From NCBI GenBank assembly GCA_018674095.1, contig JABHAX010000013.1:1-59998 (forward strand): DNA of 59,998 bases, in the 5' to 3' direction. How positions within the stretch are numbered: the stretch's first letter is position 1; each line of letters opens with the position of its first letter. The translations under genes were made by a program, and so were the position numbers. Below, piece by piece: positions 10,730 through 19,582 of the stretch. The DNA is from Fidelibacterota bacterium. Lineage in GTDB: Bacteria > Fidelibacterota > Marinisomatia > Marinisomatales > UBA1611. The notes under the pieces were generated by a model that searched no databases, was not told the origin of the DNA, and worked only from the letters and a program-made list of their open reading frames with translations.

Positions 10730-13045
10730 TTAACTCCGTCCAATTAATTTTTTCTTTAATGATTCCGCAAGAGCTGCAAGCACTGTGAGTGTTCCAAGAG
10801 ATGTGGACATCATGGCGAAAACCATCAATCCACCAATATATTGGATTGATAAAAATGCCGAAAATAATAATGCACCAAATCCCATGTTAGATGCAGCATC
10901 CAAGATAATAGGATATCCCACATCATCCACGACTTCCCTGCTCAATTTATCTGCTGATACTGTTCTGGACAAACGACGGAATTGGGCAATGTAGTGAATC
11001 GAAAAATCAACACCAACTCCAATGATGATGGAGGACAGGAGTGCCGTAATATGGCTTAACTCAATTCCGAAATAACCCATAAAACCGAAATTAATAATGA
11101 CGGCAGATGAAAGCGGAATGACTGCTAAGAAACCCCATAAAATTCGTTTAAAAAATATGGATGCAATTACACCAATTACAAATAACGAAAATGTAATACT
11201 AAAGATGGATGATTTAATAATTAAAGTTACCAAATCCCGAAAAACAACCATCATTCCTGTAACATTAATTTTTAATTCCGGATTAAAATTTTCATCAATA
11301 TAGGCATCTATTTTTTCAACATAGCTAAAAATATCATCTGTTGACATAATTTTGCTCAAAGCGGTAACTAAGCCCACTTCATAATTATAATCAACCATGG
11401 AAGAAAAATCATCAGGATCACCGGACATAGAATACATGGTAAAAAGGTTATTCACTTTTTCACGATTTTCAGGAATGGTTTCAAATGCAATATCATCATC
11501 CATCACCGTCCTGTGCATTTGTTCCACCACATTTCCGATGGAATAACTGATAGTTACTTTTTCATCTATTTCCATAAAGTCCTGAAGAGCAATCATATCA
11601 GCTAATGTCCCCGGATCTTTCATATCACCTTCGATTCGGGCTCGGATGTCCATGGTTCCTGTTAGTTCTTCATCCATGAAGTCCATGCTGTCCCGAATTT
11701 CCGTCCCGGGTTTGAACATGCTAGCCATATTCACATCCACGGTAACTTTCATTAATCCAAACAAGCCTATGATGACAAAAATTGCCCCTGAAGAAAAAAC
11801 ATACTTTGGGTGACTCAGAACAAGTTTACCTAATTTATCGATCCCTCGTTCAAATAAACTGGGTTTGGATATAGCATTTGAATTAGCATCCCACTTTAAT
11901 AAACTAATGACAGCAGGCAACATCAGCGAACTCAAAAACCAAGCCCAAGTGATGCCCACACCAATGGTGACACCATAGCCAATCATGGGTTCTAACGGAG
12001 ATGAGATCATGGTTAAAAAAGCTGCGATTGTCGTAATGCTCGTTAAAAAGATGGGAATTAGCAAAGAATCCATGGTGGAAGCAACTGCGAGCCGAACATC
12101 ATTTTTTGAACGGAGTTCTTTAAAATATTTGGTCACAACATGAACACCATCCGAATTTGCAATCGTCAAAAGAATAATTGGCATGGACGTATTAGCCATA
12201 GTAAAAAGAAATCTTTCTGAACCCGTAAGTCGATAAATCCACCCCATAAAACCCATCATTGCAACGAGTGATAAACCTATCACCATCATAACCAAAGCCA
12301 CGCCTTTTGGGCTTCTCAAGTTTAGAAGCAGTATGGAAACCATGATCAGCATACCCATTTTCATAAGGCCTTGTACATCTTCTCGAATCATTTCTGGCAT
12401 GGTTCCGGTTACATAGGCATTCCCACCATAATGAATTTCATATCCTTTTAGAATCGGTTTAGTAATCGCAACCACTTCATTTCGGAAAACATCTAATCCT
12501 TTCGTATCATATGGTTGAATGATAACAACAATGTATTCATCTTTTTCACTGATGAGTCTAGTTTTAATTGTTTTATTCCGATCAAGATAATCCTTTATAT
12601 TATCTACATCTACTTGTGATAATTCCCGATCCGGTTGAAGATCGCCAACCTCCATAAATCCATCAATATTATCCATACGATTCATTCGAGAAACACTGGT
12701 GACTTCTTCAACTTTTTGTGAAGTTTCCAATTGGTCTGCCAAATCCCATGCTGTGGCAAATGCATCAGGCGTAAAAATCGTTTTATTTTTATGACCGAAA
12801 GCGATAAAAATCATTTCAGTACTTCCAAATTCATCTTGAAGTGCATCCCAAGACAAACGAGACTCTAAGTTTTTAGGAAGCATTTTCATGACATCATCAT
12901 CCACGACAAAAAATTGGAGTCCAAATCCCATGATAATTGTTGCGATAACAGACAATATAATAACGCGTATTGGGCGGTCTAAACTTTGGCGAATGAACCA
13001 TTGCCTTACAGGGTGATCAGAATAATTAAGTAGCGTGTTTTTCAT
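10730..13045 (-). CDS. RND-superfamily exporter, COG1033/MMPL (HpnN-like) type, copy A
   Basis: 771 aa; two 6-TM bundles with large soluble loops; motifs ANSDGVHVVTKY and GVGVDFSIHYIAQF. Paralog of 23808-26096. Confidence 0.85.
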   Translation of the reverse strand: MKNTLLNYSDHPVRQWFIRQSLDRPIRVIILSVIATIIMGFGLQFFVVDDDVMKMLPKNLESRLSWDALQDEFGSTEMIFIAFGHKNKTIFTPDAFATAWDLADQLETSQKVEEVTSVSRMNRMDNIDGFMEVGDLQPDRELSQVDVDNIKDYLDRNKTIKTRLISEKDEYIVVIIQPYDTKGLDVFRNEVVAITKPILKGYEIHYGGNAYVTGTMPEMIREDVQGLMKMGMLIMVSILLLNLRSPKGVALVMMVIGLSLVAMMGFMGWIYRLTGSERFLFTMANTSMPIILLTIANSDGVHVVTKYFKELRSKNDVRLAVASTMDSLLIPIFLTSITTIAAFLTMISSPLEPMIGYGVTIGVGITWAWFLSSLMLPAVISLLKWDANSNAISKPSLFERGIDKLGKLVLSHPKYVFSSGAIFVIIGLFGLMKVTVDVNMASMFKPGTEIRDSMDFMDEELTGTMDIRARIEGDMKDPGTLADMIALQDFMEIDEKVTISYSIGNVVEQMHRTVMDDDIAFETIPENREKVNNLFTMYSMSGDPDDFSSMVDYNYEVGLVTALSKIMSTDDIFSYVEKIDAYIDENFNPELKINVTGMMVVFRDLVTLIIKSSIFSITFSLFVIGVIASIFFKRILWGFLAVIPLSSAVIINFGFMGYFGIELSHITALLSSIIIGVGVDFSIHYIAQFRRLSRTVSADKLSREVVDDVGYPIILDAASNMGFGALLFSAFLSIQYIGGLMVFAMMSTSLGTLTVLAALAESLKKKLIGRS

Positions 13046-13649
13046 TATAAATATTTATAGCTTTTAATCCTTTTTCGTTAAAAATCCCTCGAGCTACAAT
13101 TTGGACAAATCCATGGATAGTATCTCGAATTGGGAGATCATTTTGGAGAAAGAATTCGGGTTGAAATGTGGAATTAATAATATTGATATAAACAATGGAC
13201 ATCGTTCTCATGTTGATTTCTTCACGCGCAAAACTTTGCTCTTGCGCATTTTTTAATATCGTATAAAAATCATCTTGATGCCCTAATCGGAATGCTTCTA
13301 CTTCTTTCCATATTTGGGGATATTGCGATTTGAGTTCTGCCAGATGGTTTACCGGGGTTCTACCCGCAAATTTGGAAATGTTTTCCATAATTTTCACAAA
13401 TTGAACAGCTGGATTAGGCTCATCTTTCATGACCGTTTCAAATACACCATTTATTTGTTCAAAAATATAAAGAATAATAGAATGAATTAAATTTTCTTTC
13501 GTAGGAAAGTGTTTATAAATCGTTTTTTTACTCATAGAGAGACGCTTTGCAAGCGATTCTACTGTAAAAGCACGAACGCCTGAGTTTGAAACAGACTCAA
13601 AGCCCTCGCCCAATATTTGATTTAATTGTTGATAATTTTTCACGGGCAA
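13026..13649 (-). CDS. TetR/AcrR-family transcriptional regulator
   Basis: 207 aa; HTH FTVESLAKRLSMSKKTIYKHFPTKENL. Non-ATG start (TTG 13649 or GTG 13643). Overlaps the MMPL start by 20 nt. Confidence 0.8.
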   Translation of the reverse strand: MPVKNYQQLNQILGEGFESVSNSGVRAFTVESLAKRLSMSKKTIYKHFPTKENLIHSIILYIFEQINGVFETVMKDEPNPAVQFVKIMENISKFAGRTPVNHLAELKSQYPQIWKEVEAFRLGHQDDFYTILKNAQEQSFAREEINMRTMSIVYINIINSTFQPEFFLQNDLPIRDTIHGFVQIVARGIFNEKGLKAINIYNEKHAT

Positions 13650-13650
13650 T

Positions 13651-13678
13651 GGAAACGATTTGCGTTTATATCGTTTCC
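13651..13678. promoter_or_regulatory. Perfect 9 bp dyad abutting the tetR start (candidate TetR operator)
   Basis: GGAAACGAT-N10-ATCGTTTCC, 2 nt upstream of the TTG start at 13649. No T-tract follows on the minus strand, so an intrinsic terminator is less likely. Confidence 0.4.
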
Positions 13679-13724
13679 AAACTTACAAATGTATTTATAA
13701 GAAAAAGGAATAAATATTTGAATT

Positions 13725-15179
13725 TTAGTTATTTATTATTGTTTGAAGTAGCATGATGACATCCGTGATAGTTACTGAACCATCACCATTATAATCTGCT
13801 GGGGGTGTCGATGTATATCCAAATCCGGAAGCCATATCTGCTACATGTAAAACATCTATAATATTAATGGATCCATCAAAATTCACATCGCCTAAAGTAA
13901 AATCAGGAAATCCACCGCCTAAATAATCCATGGGGAATTTTTGTCCACGTGCTATGAAAAACTGTGATCCACCGTATGTGTGACTCCATACTGTTTCATG
14001 ATCTTCTGTGACTTCGAACATTTTACCACTATCACAATCAGTAATAAAAGTATTTCCGTTGGGTAAGCGGTAAGCACCACCCTGCATTTGAGTATGGAAA
14101 GAACCAGAATGCATCCAAATTGGTTCATCTGGACCAAAGGGTTCATTGAGGGAAATATCATATAGCCCGTTACCGTTTAATGGAGGAATTAATTCAAAAA
14201 CAGCAGCCGTAGTATTCCCACCGTAATTATTATTGAATAAGATTAGATTTCCTGCGCCGGGATATCCTTCAGGAATCCAATTCACGCCATGTTGACCGGC
14301 AAGAAGATGATCTGAATTTGTCCCGCGATCATAGGCTTGCGGATTTCCCCATCGAAACAAATAATCACCACCCATTCCAGAGTTTCCTCCAGAATGACTC
14401 GCCGCTTCTTCTGTTGTAGTACTGTGATCGATAATATAAATCTCATCATGATGTCTGGAAGAAATGACGATTTGGTCTAAAACTTCATTGTAAGCAACAG
14501 CATTATAATGTTTCCAATCTCCGTTTGGGCCTCCGGGACCTTGGTTGCTTCCAGCACTTCCATAATTCACATCCTGCAATTCAGGATGATTTTCAATCAC
14601 ACCATAATTATCTAAATTTGGGTTCATATTCTGAATTAGATGGTCCCAAATGTGCCATTCCCAGATAATATTGACTTCATTTGTTCCCACCGGTTCAATT
14701 TCAAGAATAGCTTCTGCCCACATTTCGTTCAAAGAATTATCAATGGATTGACGACCAACAGCATAAGCTTCTGTGTCCGTTTTCTTTTCCCAGAGAATTA
14801 CGAGGATATTTCCATTTGGTAGTGGTTCAATATCATGATGGTGCTGATAGGTGTCATTAGCAAATTCATAAGACCAAAGAAGATCTCCGTCCCAATTGTA
14901 AGTTGAGATTCCGCCGCCAACGCCGCCAGCAGACATGGATGGATTTTGGACTTTATAAGGATAAATCAACGTGCTATCCTCCAATAAATAAGCCATACTT
15001 GCAGCACCGCGAGGGTGGCTCCAAGAATTAATAACATCTAAATCATTATCAACCAAAAAGGTTGAGAATCCATCACCACTATTTCCACCTTGTGTAGGAG
15101 AAAACAGTGTCATGCCGTTAAATACTTGTCCAAAAAGTTGACACGTAATAAATAGAAAAATAATTATGAATCGTTTCAT
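13725..15179 (-). CDS. ASST-like (aryl-sulfate sulfotransferase family) beta-propeller with C-terminal dockerin
   Basis: 484 aa; signal peptide; HHHDIEPLPNGNILVILWE, WHIWDHL and DWKHYNAVAYNEVLDQIVISSRHHDEIYIID resemble ASST-family motifs. The C-terminus has two Ca-loop repeats, DVNFDGSINIID and DYNGDGSVTITD (type I dockerin). Confidence 0.6.
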   Translation of the reverse strand: MKRFIIIFLFITCQLFGQVFNGMTLFSPTQGGNSGDGFSTFLVDNDLDVINSWSHPRGAASMAYLLEDSTLIYPYKVQNPSMSAGGVGGGISTYNWDGDLLWSYEFANDTYQHHHDIEPLPNGNILVILWEKKTDTEAYAVGRQSIDNSLNEMWAEAILEIEPVGTNEVNIIWEWHIWDHLIQNMNPNLDNYGVIENHPELQDVNYGSAGSNQGPGGPNGDWKHYNAVAYNEVLDQIVISSRHHDEIYIIDHSTTTEEAASHSGGNSGMGGDYLFRWGNPQAYDRGTNSDHLLAGQHGVNWIPEGYPGAGNLILFNNNYGGNTTAAVFELIPPLNGNGLYDISLNEPFGPDEPIWMHSGSFHTQMQGGAYRLPNGNTFITDCDSGKMFEVTEDHETVWSHTYGGSQFFIARGQKFPMDYLGGGFPDFTLGDVNFDGSINIIDVLHVADMASGFGYTSTPPADYNGDGSVTITDVIMLLQTIINN

Positions 15180-15312
15180 GGTTTATAAACAGTTTATTTT
15201 ATGATTTTGAAGACTTAATTTAACCTATAGATTCTTTTGGGTTTAAAAGGTTAAATATATTTTTAATTAACATCCTGTATCCCATCTTGAAATTTAACTA
15301 AAATTAATTCAA

Positions 15313-16395
15313 TTGGCACTTAAACGCATATTCAAAGTTTACACCGTTATCGGTAAAACGTTCGGCGCATGGATTTCACCAATATTTACGGGAATTGCCA
15401 TTGTTACGTTGCGCATTTTTGTATGGTTTGGGCAACAAATCGATAAAGTAATTTTTCCCGGTTTTAATCAGGCTCTAGAGAATCCCATTCTTATCGTAGG
15501 AAATCCAAGATCAGGGACAACCTTCCTGCACAGATTTTTAATCAAGAATGGATTTGGTGTAGGCTCTCAACTCTGGCAAATGGTGTATCCATCCATTTCT
15601 ATCCAAAAAGTCTTAAAGCCATTTTTACCCATCATGGAATTTATAAGTCCAGCTAAACATCATTCAACAGAAGCACATGAAACAAGCCTTTCATCTGTAG
15701 AAACGGATGATGTTTCACTTTTATTCCGATTTTTTGATGGATTCTTCTTGTACGGTTTTTTCCTTACATTCGATGAAAAAGATTTATTTGATTGGGTGGA
15801 CCCGAAAATTCGGAATACGTCAAAAAGAGATTTTGACTGGTTCGAGTCCATGTGGAAACGAAATTTGACATCGAACAATGGGCAGCGCTATATAGGAAAA
15901 CTTTTTAGTTTAAGTGGGAATCTTCCAGCGTTTCAAGAAAAATTCCCGGATGCAAAAATCCTTTATATGATTCGAGATCCATTGAGTGTAATTCCATCCG
16001 GATTAAGTTTAGTCACAGGTGTATTAGATAAAAAGTTTGGTTTTTGGTCTTTAGATGAAAAAATTCAAGAACGATTTATATCTAGACTTTATAAAGCCCT
16101 GGTTGAATTACTTACGAGGTTTCATGATGATTGGACCCACGATAGAATTGATAAAGAAAAAGTATTAATCGTCCGTTTTGATACCATGATGACTCAATTT
16201 GAATCTTTAATGAAACGAATCTCAGACTTCACTCAACACGAAATGACGGATGAACTAAGAAAGATTGTCCAAATTACAGCCGAAAATCAAAGAGGTTTTG
16301 AAAGTGGACATCGTTACGATTTAGAAAAATTTGGTCTTACTGAATCGCAAATTCGCCAAGATTGTGAAAAGATTTATCGAACTTTCTTAATTTAA
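15313..16395 (+). CDS. PAPS-dependent sulfotransferase with N-terminal membrane anchor
   Basis: 360 aa (TTG start); 5'-PSB-like loop GNPRSGTTFLHRFL and 3'-PB-like YMIRDPLSVIPS; N-terminal hydrophobic segment FGAWISPIFTGIAIVTLRIFVWF. Confidence 0.7.
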   Translation: MALKRIFKVYTVIGKTFGAWISPIFTGIAIVTLRIFVWFGQQIDKVIFPGFNQALENPILIVGNPRSGTTFLHRFLIKNGFGVGSQLWQMVYPSISIQKVLKPFLPIMEFISPAKHHSTEAHETSLSSVETDDVSLLFRFFDGFFLYGFFLTFDEKDLFDWVDPKIRNTSKRDFDWFESMWKRNLTSNNGQRYIGKLFSLSGNLPAFQEKFPDAKILYMIRDPLSVIPSGLSLVTGVLDKKFGFWSLDEKIQERFISRLYKALVELLTRFHDDWTHDRIDKEKVLIVRFDTMMTQFESLMKRISDFTQHEMTDELRKIVQITAENQRGFESGHRYDLEKFGLTESQIRQDCEKIYRTFLI

Positions 16396-16399
16396 AAAA

Positions 16400-16990
16400 A
16401 TGAAAAAACTTCTTAGTCTGTTTTTATTAAATCAATTATTCGCTTTGGACCTTCACGGCATTGAATTATTATCAAACTGGGAAATTTTAAAGGATGAAAC
16501 CATTCAAATTTCTTGGCAAAACTATCAAGGTTTTCCCGTTAGCAAAGCAGAAACAATTTTAAATCATTCTATCAAAGATGTATCTTTTGCGATTCAAGAT
16601 TTGGATCATTATCCGGAAATTTTTGACCGCGTTACTCAAACAATTCGACTTGAAAAAGATGTGATTCAAATTGTATTAGATATGCCTTTCCCTTTTGATG
16701 GACGAGATTACATTGTAAAATATTCTATTGAAAATCAAGACAATTATTGGGTTTTTGCTTATTCGTCAGTAGAACACCCAAAAGGAAGATTAGAACAAGA
16801 TCATGTTCGTCTCCCCAATGCTGGGGGAATTTGGATCCTGGAAAAAGTTAATGAATCTCAAACAAAAATTGTTTACGCATGGAATGGTGAATTATTAGGA
16901 AATTTTCCCGATATAGCTTTAACCCGCGCTTGGGTCACACAAGGAACGGAAGTATTGAATTGGCTGGATGAATTTCTTACTGCAAAATAA
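16400..16990 (+). CDS. Secreted START/SRPBCC-like lipid-binding protein
   Basis: 196 aa; signal peptide MKKLLSLFLLNQLFA. The pattern MPFPFDGRDYIVKY ... HVRLPNAGGIWILE ... TKIVYAWNGELLGNFP resembles the START fold. It starts 4 nt after the sulfotransferase stop and ends 3 nt before the OMP gene. Confidence 0.5.
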   Translation: MKKLLSLFLLNQLFALDLHGIELLSNWEILKDETIQISWQNYQGFPVSKAETILNHSIKDVSFAIQDLDHYPEIFDRVTQTIRLEKDVIQIVLDMPFPFDGRDYIVKYSIENQDNYWVFAYSSVEHPKGRLEQDHVRLPNAGGIWILEKVNESQTKIVYAWNGELLGNFPDIALTRAWVTQGTEVLNWLDEFLTAK

Positions 16991-16993
16991 ATT

Positions 16994-18421
16994 ATGACTA
17001 AAATCACTCCAATTTTTCTCCTAGCCTATTTGCTTGGAAGTGAACCATCTTTTGATATGAATGGCTATGTTGATTTTGCCCATATTTCAAGGTTATCAGA
17101 CTATTCTCTGATTGACATCCCTTTTCGAATGAGCGCCATAGATTTTTCCCATCAAAGTGAGAATATTTCACTTAACGGGAATTTCACATTGGAATATCAA
17201 ACCAGATCTGATGCTTATTTTTTAGGCTCTAAGGACCCACAAGATTTCCGATTGGACATGAGAGAGCTCTATACAACTTATAACAGTGACAATTTTGAAT
17301 TTCGGATGGGCAAGCAAATTCACTCATGGGGCAGCGTAGATGAAAATAGCCCAGTGGATAATGCCAGCGCATTTGATTATTATTATATTTTCTTTTTGGG
17401 TCGAGAACGAAAAATGGCGACCTTATCTGGTGCTCTGGATTACTATATAGGTAATCTAAAATTGAATGCCGTTTTCTCTCCAATTCATACTACGAATCGG
17501 ATCCCGTTGGGCGATGACCATTTCCCTATTTCACTTCCCATTTATCCCGAAGAATCTCAAATATTTACTATTTCGGAACTCCCATTTGAAGGCGGAATAC
17601 AAAGCACCTATTCTTTTGGGATGGGGGAAATATCTGCTTCTTACTATTCCGGATTTGATCGTGTCTTTAATTTTTCCGGTGTTAATGTTTACAGCAATGG
17701 AAGTCAAACCATATTTTCACCACCAGATCTCGTTTTCGGGTATCGAAAAACAAATGTCCTTGGATTTGGTCTAACATTTCTAAATCCATTTTTCATATTT
17801 CGCGGGGACTTCGCCCAGTTTAATACCCTGGATTTGAATGAATCCATCGACCGTCCATATTCAAATAGCAATTTGGCAGCCATTTACGATACTTTGGTTT
17901 TAAGTTTTCCTCTTCGTGAAAAAGCAAATTATCGACAAACGACTTTGCAAATAGAAACGGAACTTCCCTTTCAAATTAATTTTGTGGGTCAAATTTTTTC
18001 ACACGAAATAACTTCCTTTTCATCGGACACATTGCCAGATGTAGAAATAGATATTCCAGGTTTTGAATTTGACCCAGATTCCATGACGCCTGAAAATTTC
18101 TTCACACCGGGGATGGGTGTCCCTTTAGCAATTTTAACGAATAAAGCTGCCATCTTAATTTTGGATAAAACTTTTATGAATGAGCAACTCAACGTTTCTT
18201 TTACAACCATGCTGGACCTTGGCGATTATGAAGGCGTGGAAAGCATTTCTGGTTCATTAACGGAATACAAAATTGAATATAATATAACCCAGGATTTTTT
18301 AGGAATACTGGGTGTGACGAAAGTCATAGGATCAAAAGATCATCCGGATGGCGAACAATACCAGTTTAATAAAATGGAAGATTTTTCCCATTTCCGTTTT
18401 GAATTAAAATATTATTTTTAA
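16994..18421 (+). CDS. Outer-membrane beta-barrel, DUF1302-like (copy B)
   Basis: 475 aa; MGKQIHSWGSVDENSPVDNASAFDYYYIFF and C-terminal MEDFSHFRFELKYYF. Paralog of 7529-8782. Confidence 0.6.
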   Translation: MTKITPIFLLAYLLGSEPSFDMNGYVDFAHISRLSDYSLIDIPFRMSAIDFSHQSENISLNGNFTLEYQTRSDAYFLGSKDPQDFRLDMRELYTTYNSDNFEFRMGKQIHSWGSVDENSPVDNASAFDYYYIFFLGRERKMATLSGALDYYIGNLKLNAVFSPIHTTNRIPLGDDHFPISLPIYPEESQIFTISELPFEGGIQSTYSFGMGEISASYYSGFDRVFNFSGVNVYSNGSQTIFSPPDLVFGYRKTNVLGFGLTFLNPFFIFRGDFAQFNTLDLNESIDRPYSNSNLAAIYDTLVLSFPLREKANYRQTTLQIETELPFQINFVGQIFSHEITSFSSDTLPDVEIDIPGFEFDPDSMTPENFFTPGMGVPLAILTNKAAILILDKTFMNEQLNVSFTTMLDLGDYEGVESISGSLTEYKIEYNITQDFLGILGVTKVIGSKDHPDGEQYQFNKMEDFSHFRFELKYYF

Positions 18422-18432
18422 TATAAATTTTA

Positions 18433-18602
18433 GCCACCAAGATCGCGAATGTTCACGAAGGGAAAAAATGATATTTATATTGTCAATCGAAAGAAATGTA
18501 AACGCAAAGGCGCAAAGATTCATAACTAAAGTATTTGATCCGCTTAATGAATTGATAATTCAGAAATTTGATTATTTAGTGTATCTTAGCGTCCTTAGTG
18601 GC
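18433..18602. repeat. Imperfect inverted repeat built from degenerate 9-mers (NCNCNAAG units)
   Basis: Left arm GCCACCAAGATCGCGAATGTTCACGAAG (18433-18460). Centre ACGCAAAGGCGCAAAG (18502-18517). The right arm 18575-18602 reads GCCACTAAGGACGCTAAGATACACTAAA on the opposite strand, 19/28 identical to the left arm. Confidence 0.55.
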
Positions 18603-18616
18603 ACTATAAAACCTAT

Positions 18617-19582
18617 ATGAAAATTAAAATAACAGGGGTTGGTTTATATCTTCCTCCCAAAATCGAAACAGCAGAAGACATTGCACCAAAAATCGGAAAA
18701 TCGGTAGAATGGATCATTGAAAAATCCGGTGTAAATGAACGACGCGTTTCCATTATTGACGTGGACCAAATGGGTGCATTAGCAGGAAAAGAAGCTCTAG
18801 ACAATGGTGGAAAGCCTGATTTAATCATCAATGCATCCGGTGTCCCAAAACAAACTATACCGGACACATCCACATTTTATCAACGAGAATTAGGATTTGA
18901 AGGTATTCCATCTTTTAGTATTCATTGCACCTGTCTCTCATTCATTGCAGCATTGAATACGGCCGCTTCTTTGATTCACTCGAAATCTTACAAACGAATC
19001 TTAATTATTTCTTCAGATCGTGGAACCCGTGGACGAAATTTTGATGAACCGGAAAGTGCATCTCTCTTGGGCGATGGCGCAGCTGCTATCGTGATAGAAC
19101 CAGCTAAATCGGTTGATGAAAGTGAACTCATTTATTTTGATATGAAAACATTTCCCAGTTGCGCCAACTTAACGGAAGTCCGTGGCGGCGGAACCCATAA
19201 ACATCCCCAAGATCCAAATACAACATTGGCTGATAATTTATTTACCATGGATGGGCCGGCGGTGTACAAAATCGCCCGGAAGGAAGTGTATCGTATGATG
19301 CTGAAAACAATGAAAATAACCGGATTCAAGCGGGAAGATGTGGATTGGGTGATTCCCCACCAAGCTTCCGGAAAAGCAGTGGATGCCTATATTTCAACGG
19401 GAGGATTCGCCCAAGAAAAAGTGGTGAGTATTATTTCGGAATTTGGGAATTGTGTGGCTGCTTCTGTCCCCATGGCATTTGCCACAGCGGTAAAAGATAA
19501 GCGAATCAAACGAGGCGACCTTTTATTATTTATTGGAACCGGCGCTGGACTCTCCGCTGCCTGTGCGCTTGTTAGGTATTGA
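18617..19582 (+). CDS. Divergent KAS III-like condensing enzyme (copy B)
   Basis: 321 aa; Cys-His-Asn contexts IHCTCLSFIAAL, IPHQASGKAV, FGNCVAASVP. More divergent from FabH than copy A. Confidence 0.75.
   Translation: MKIKITGVGLYLPPKIETAEDIAPKIGKSVEWIIEKSGVNERRVSIIDVDQMGALAGKEALDNGGKPDLIINASGVPKQTIPDTSTFYQRELGFEGIPSFSIHCTCLSFIAALNTAASLIHSKSYKRILIISSDRGTRGRNFDEPESASLLGDGAAAIVIEPAKSVDESELIYFDMKTFPSCANLTEVRGGGTHKHPQDPNTTLADNLFTMDGPAVYKIARKEVYRMMLKTMKITGFKREDVDWVIPHQASGKAVDAYISTGGFAQEKVVSIISEFGNCVAASVPMAFATAVKDKRIKRGDLLLFIGTGAGLSAACALVRY

Noticed and set aside
15218-15256. 8 bp inverted repeat ATTTAACC / GGTTAAAT in the divergent ASST-like/sulfotransferase promoter region
   Set aside because: It is short, AT-rich and has a 23 nt spacer, so it is not distinguishable from chance.
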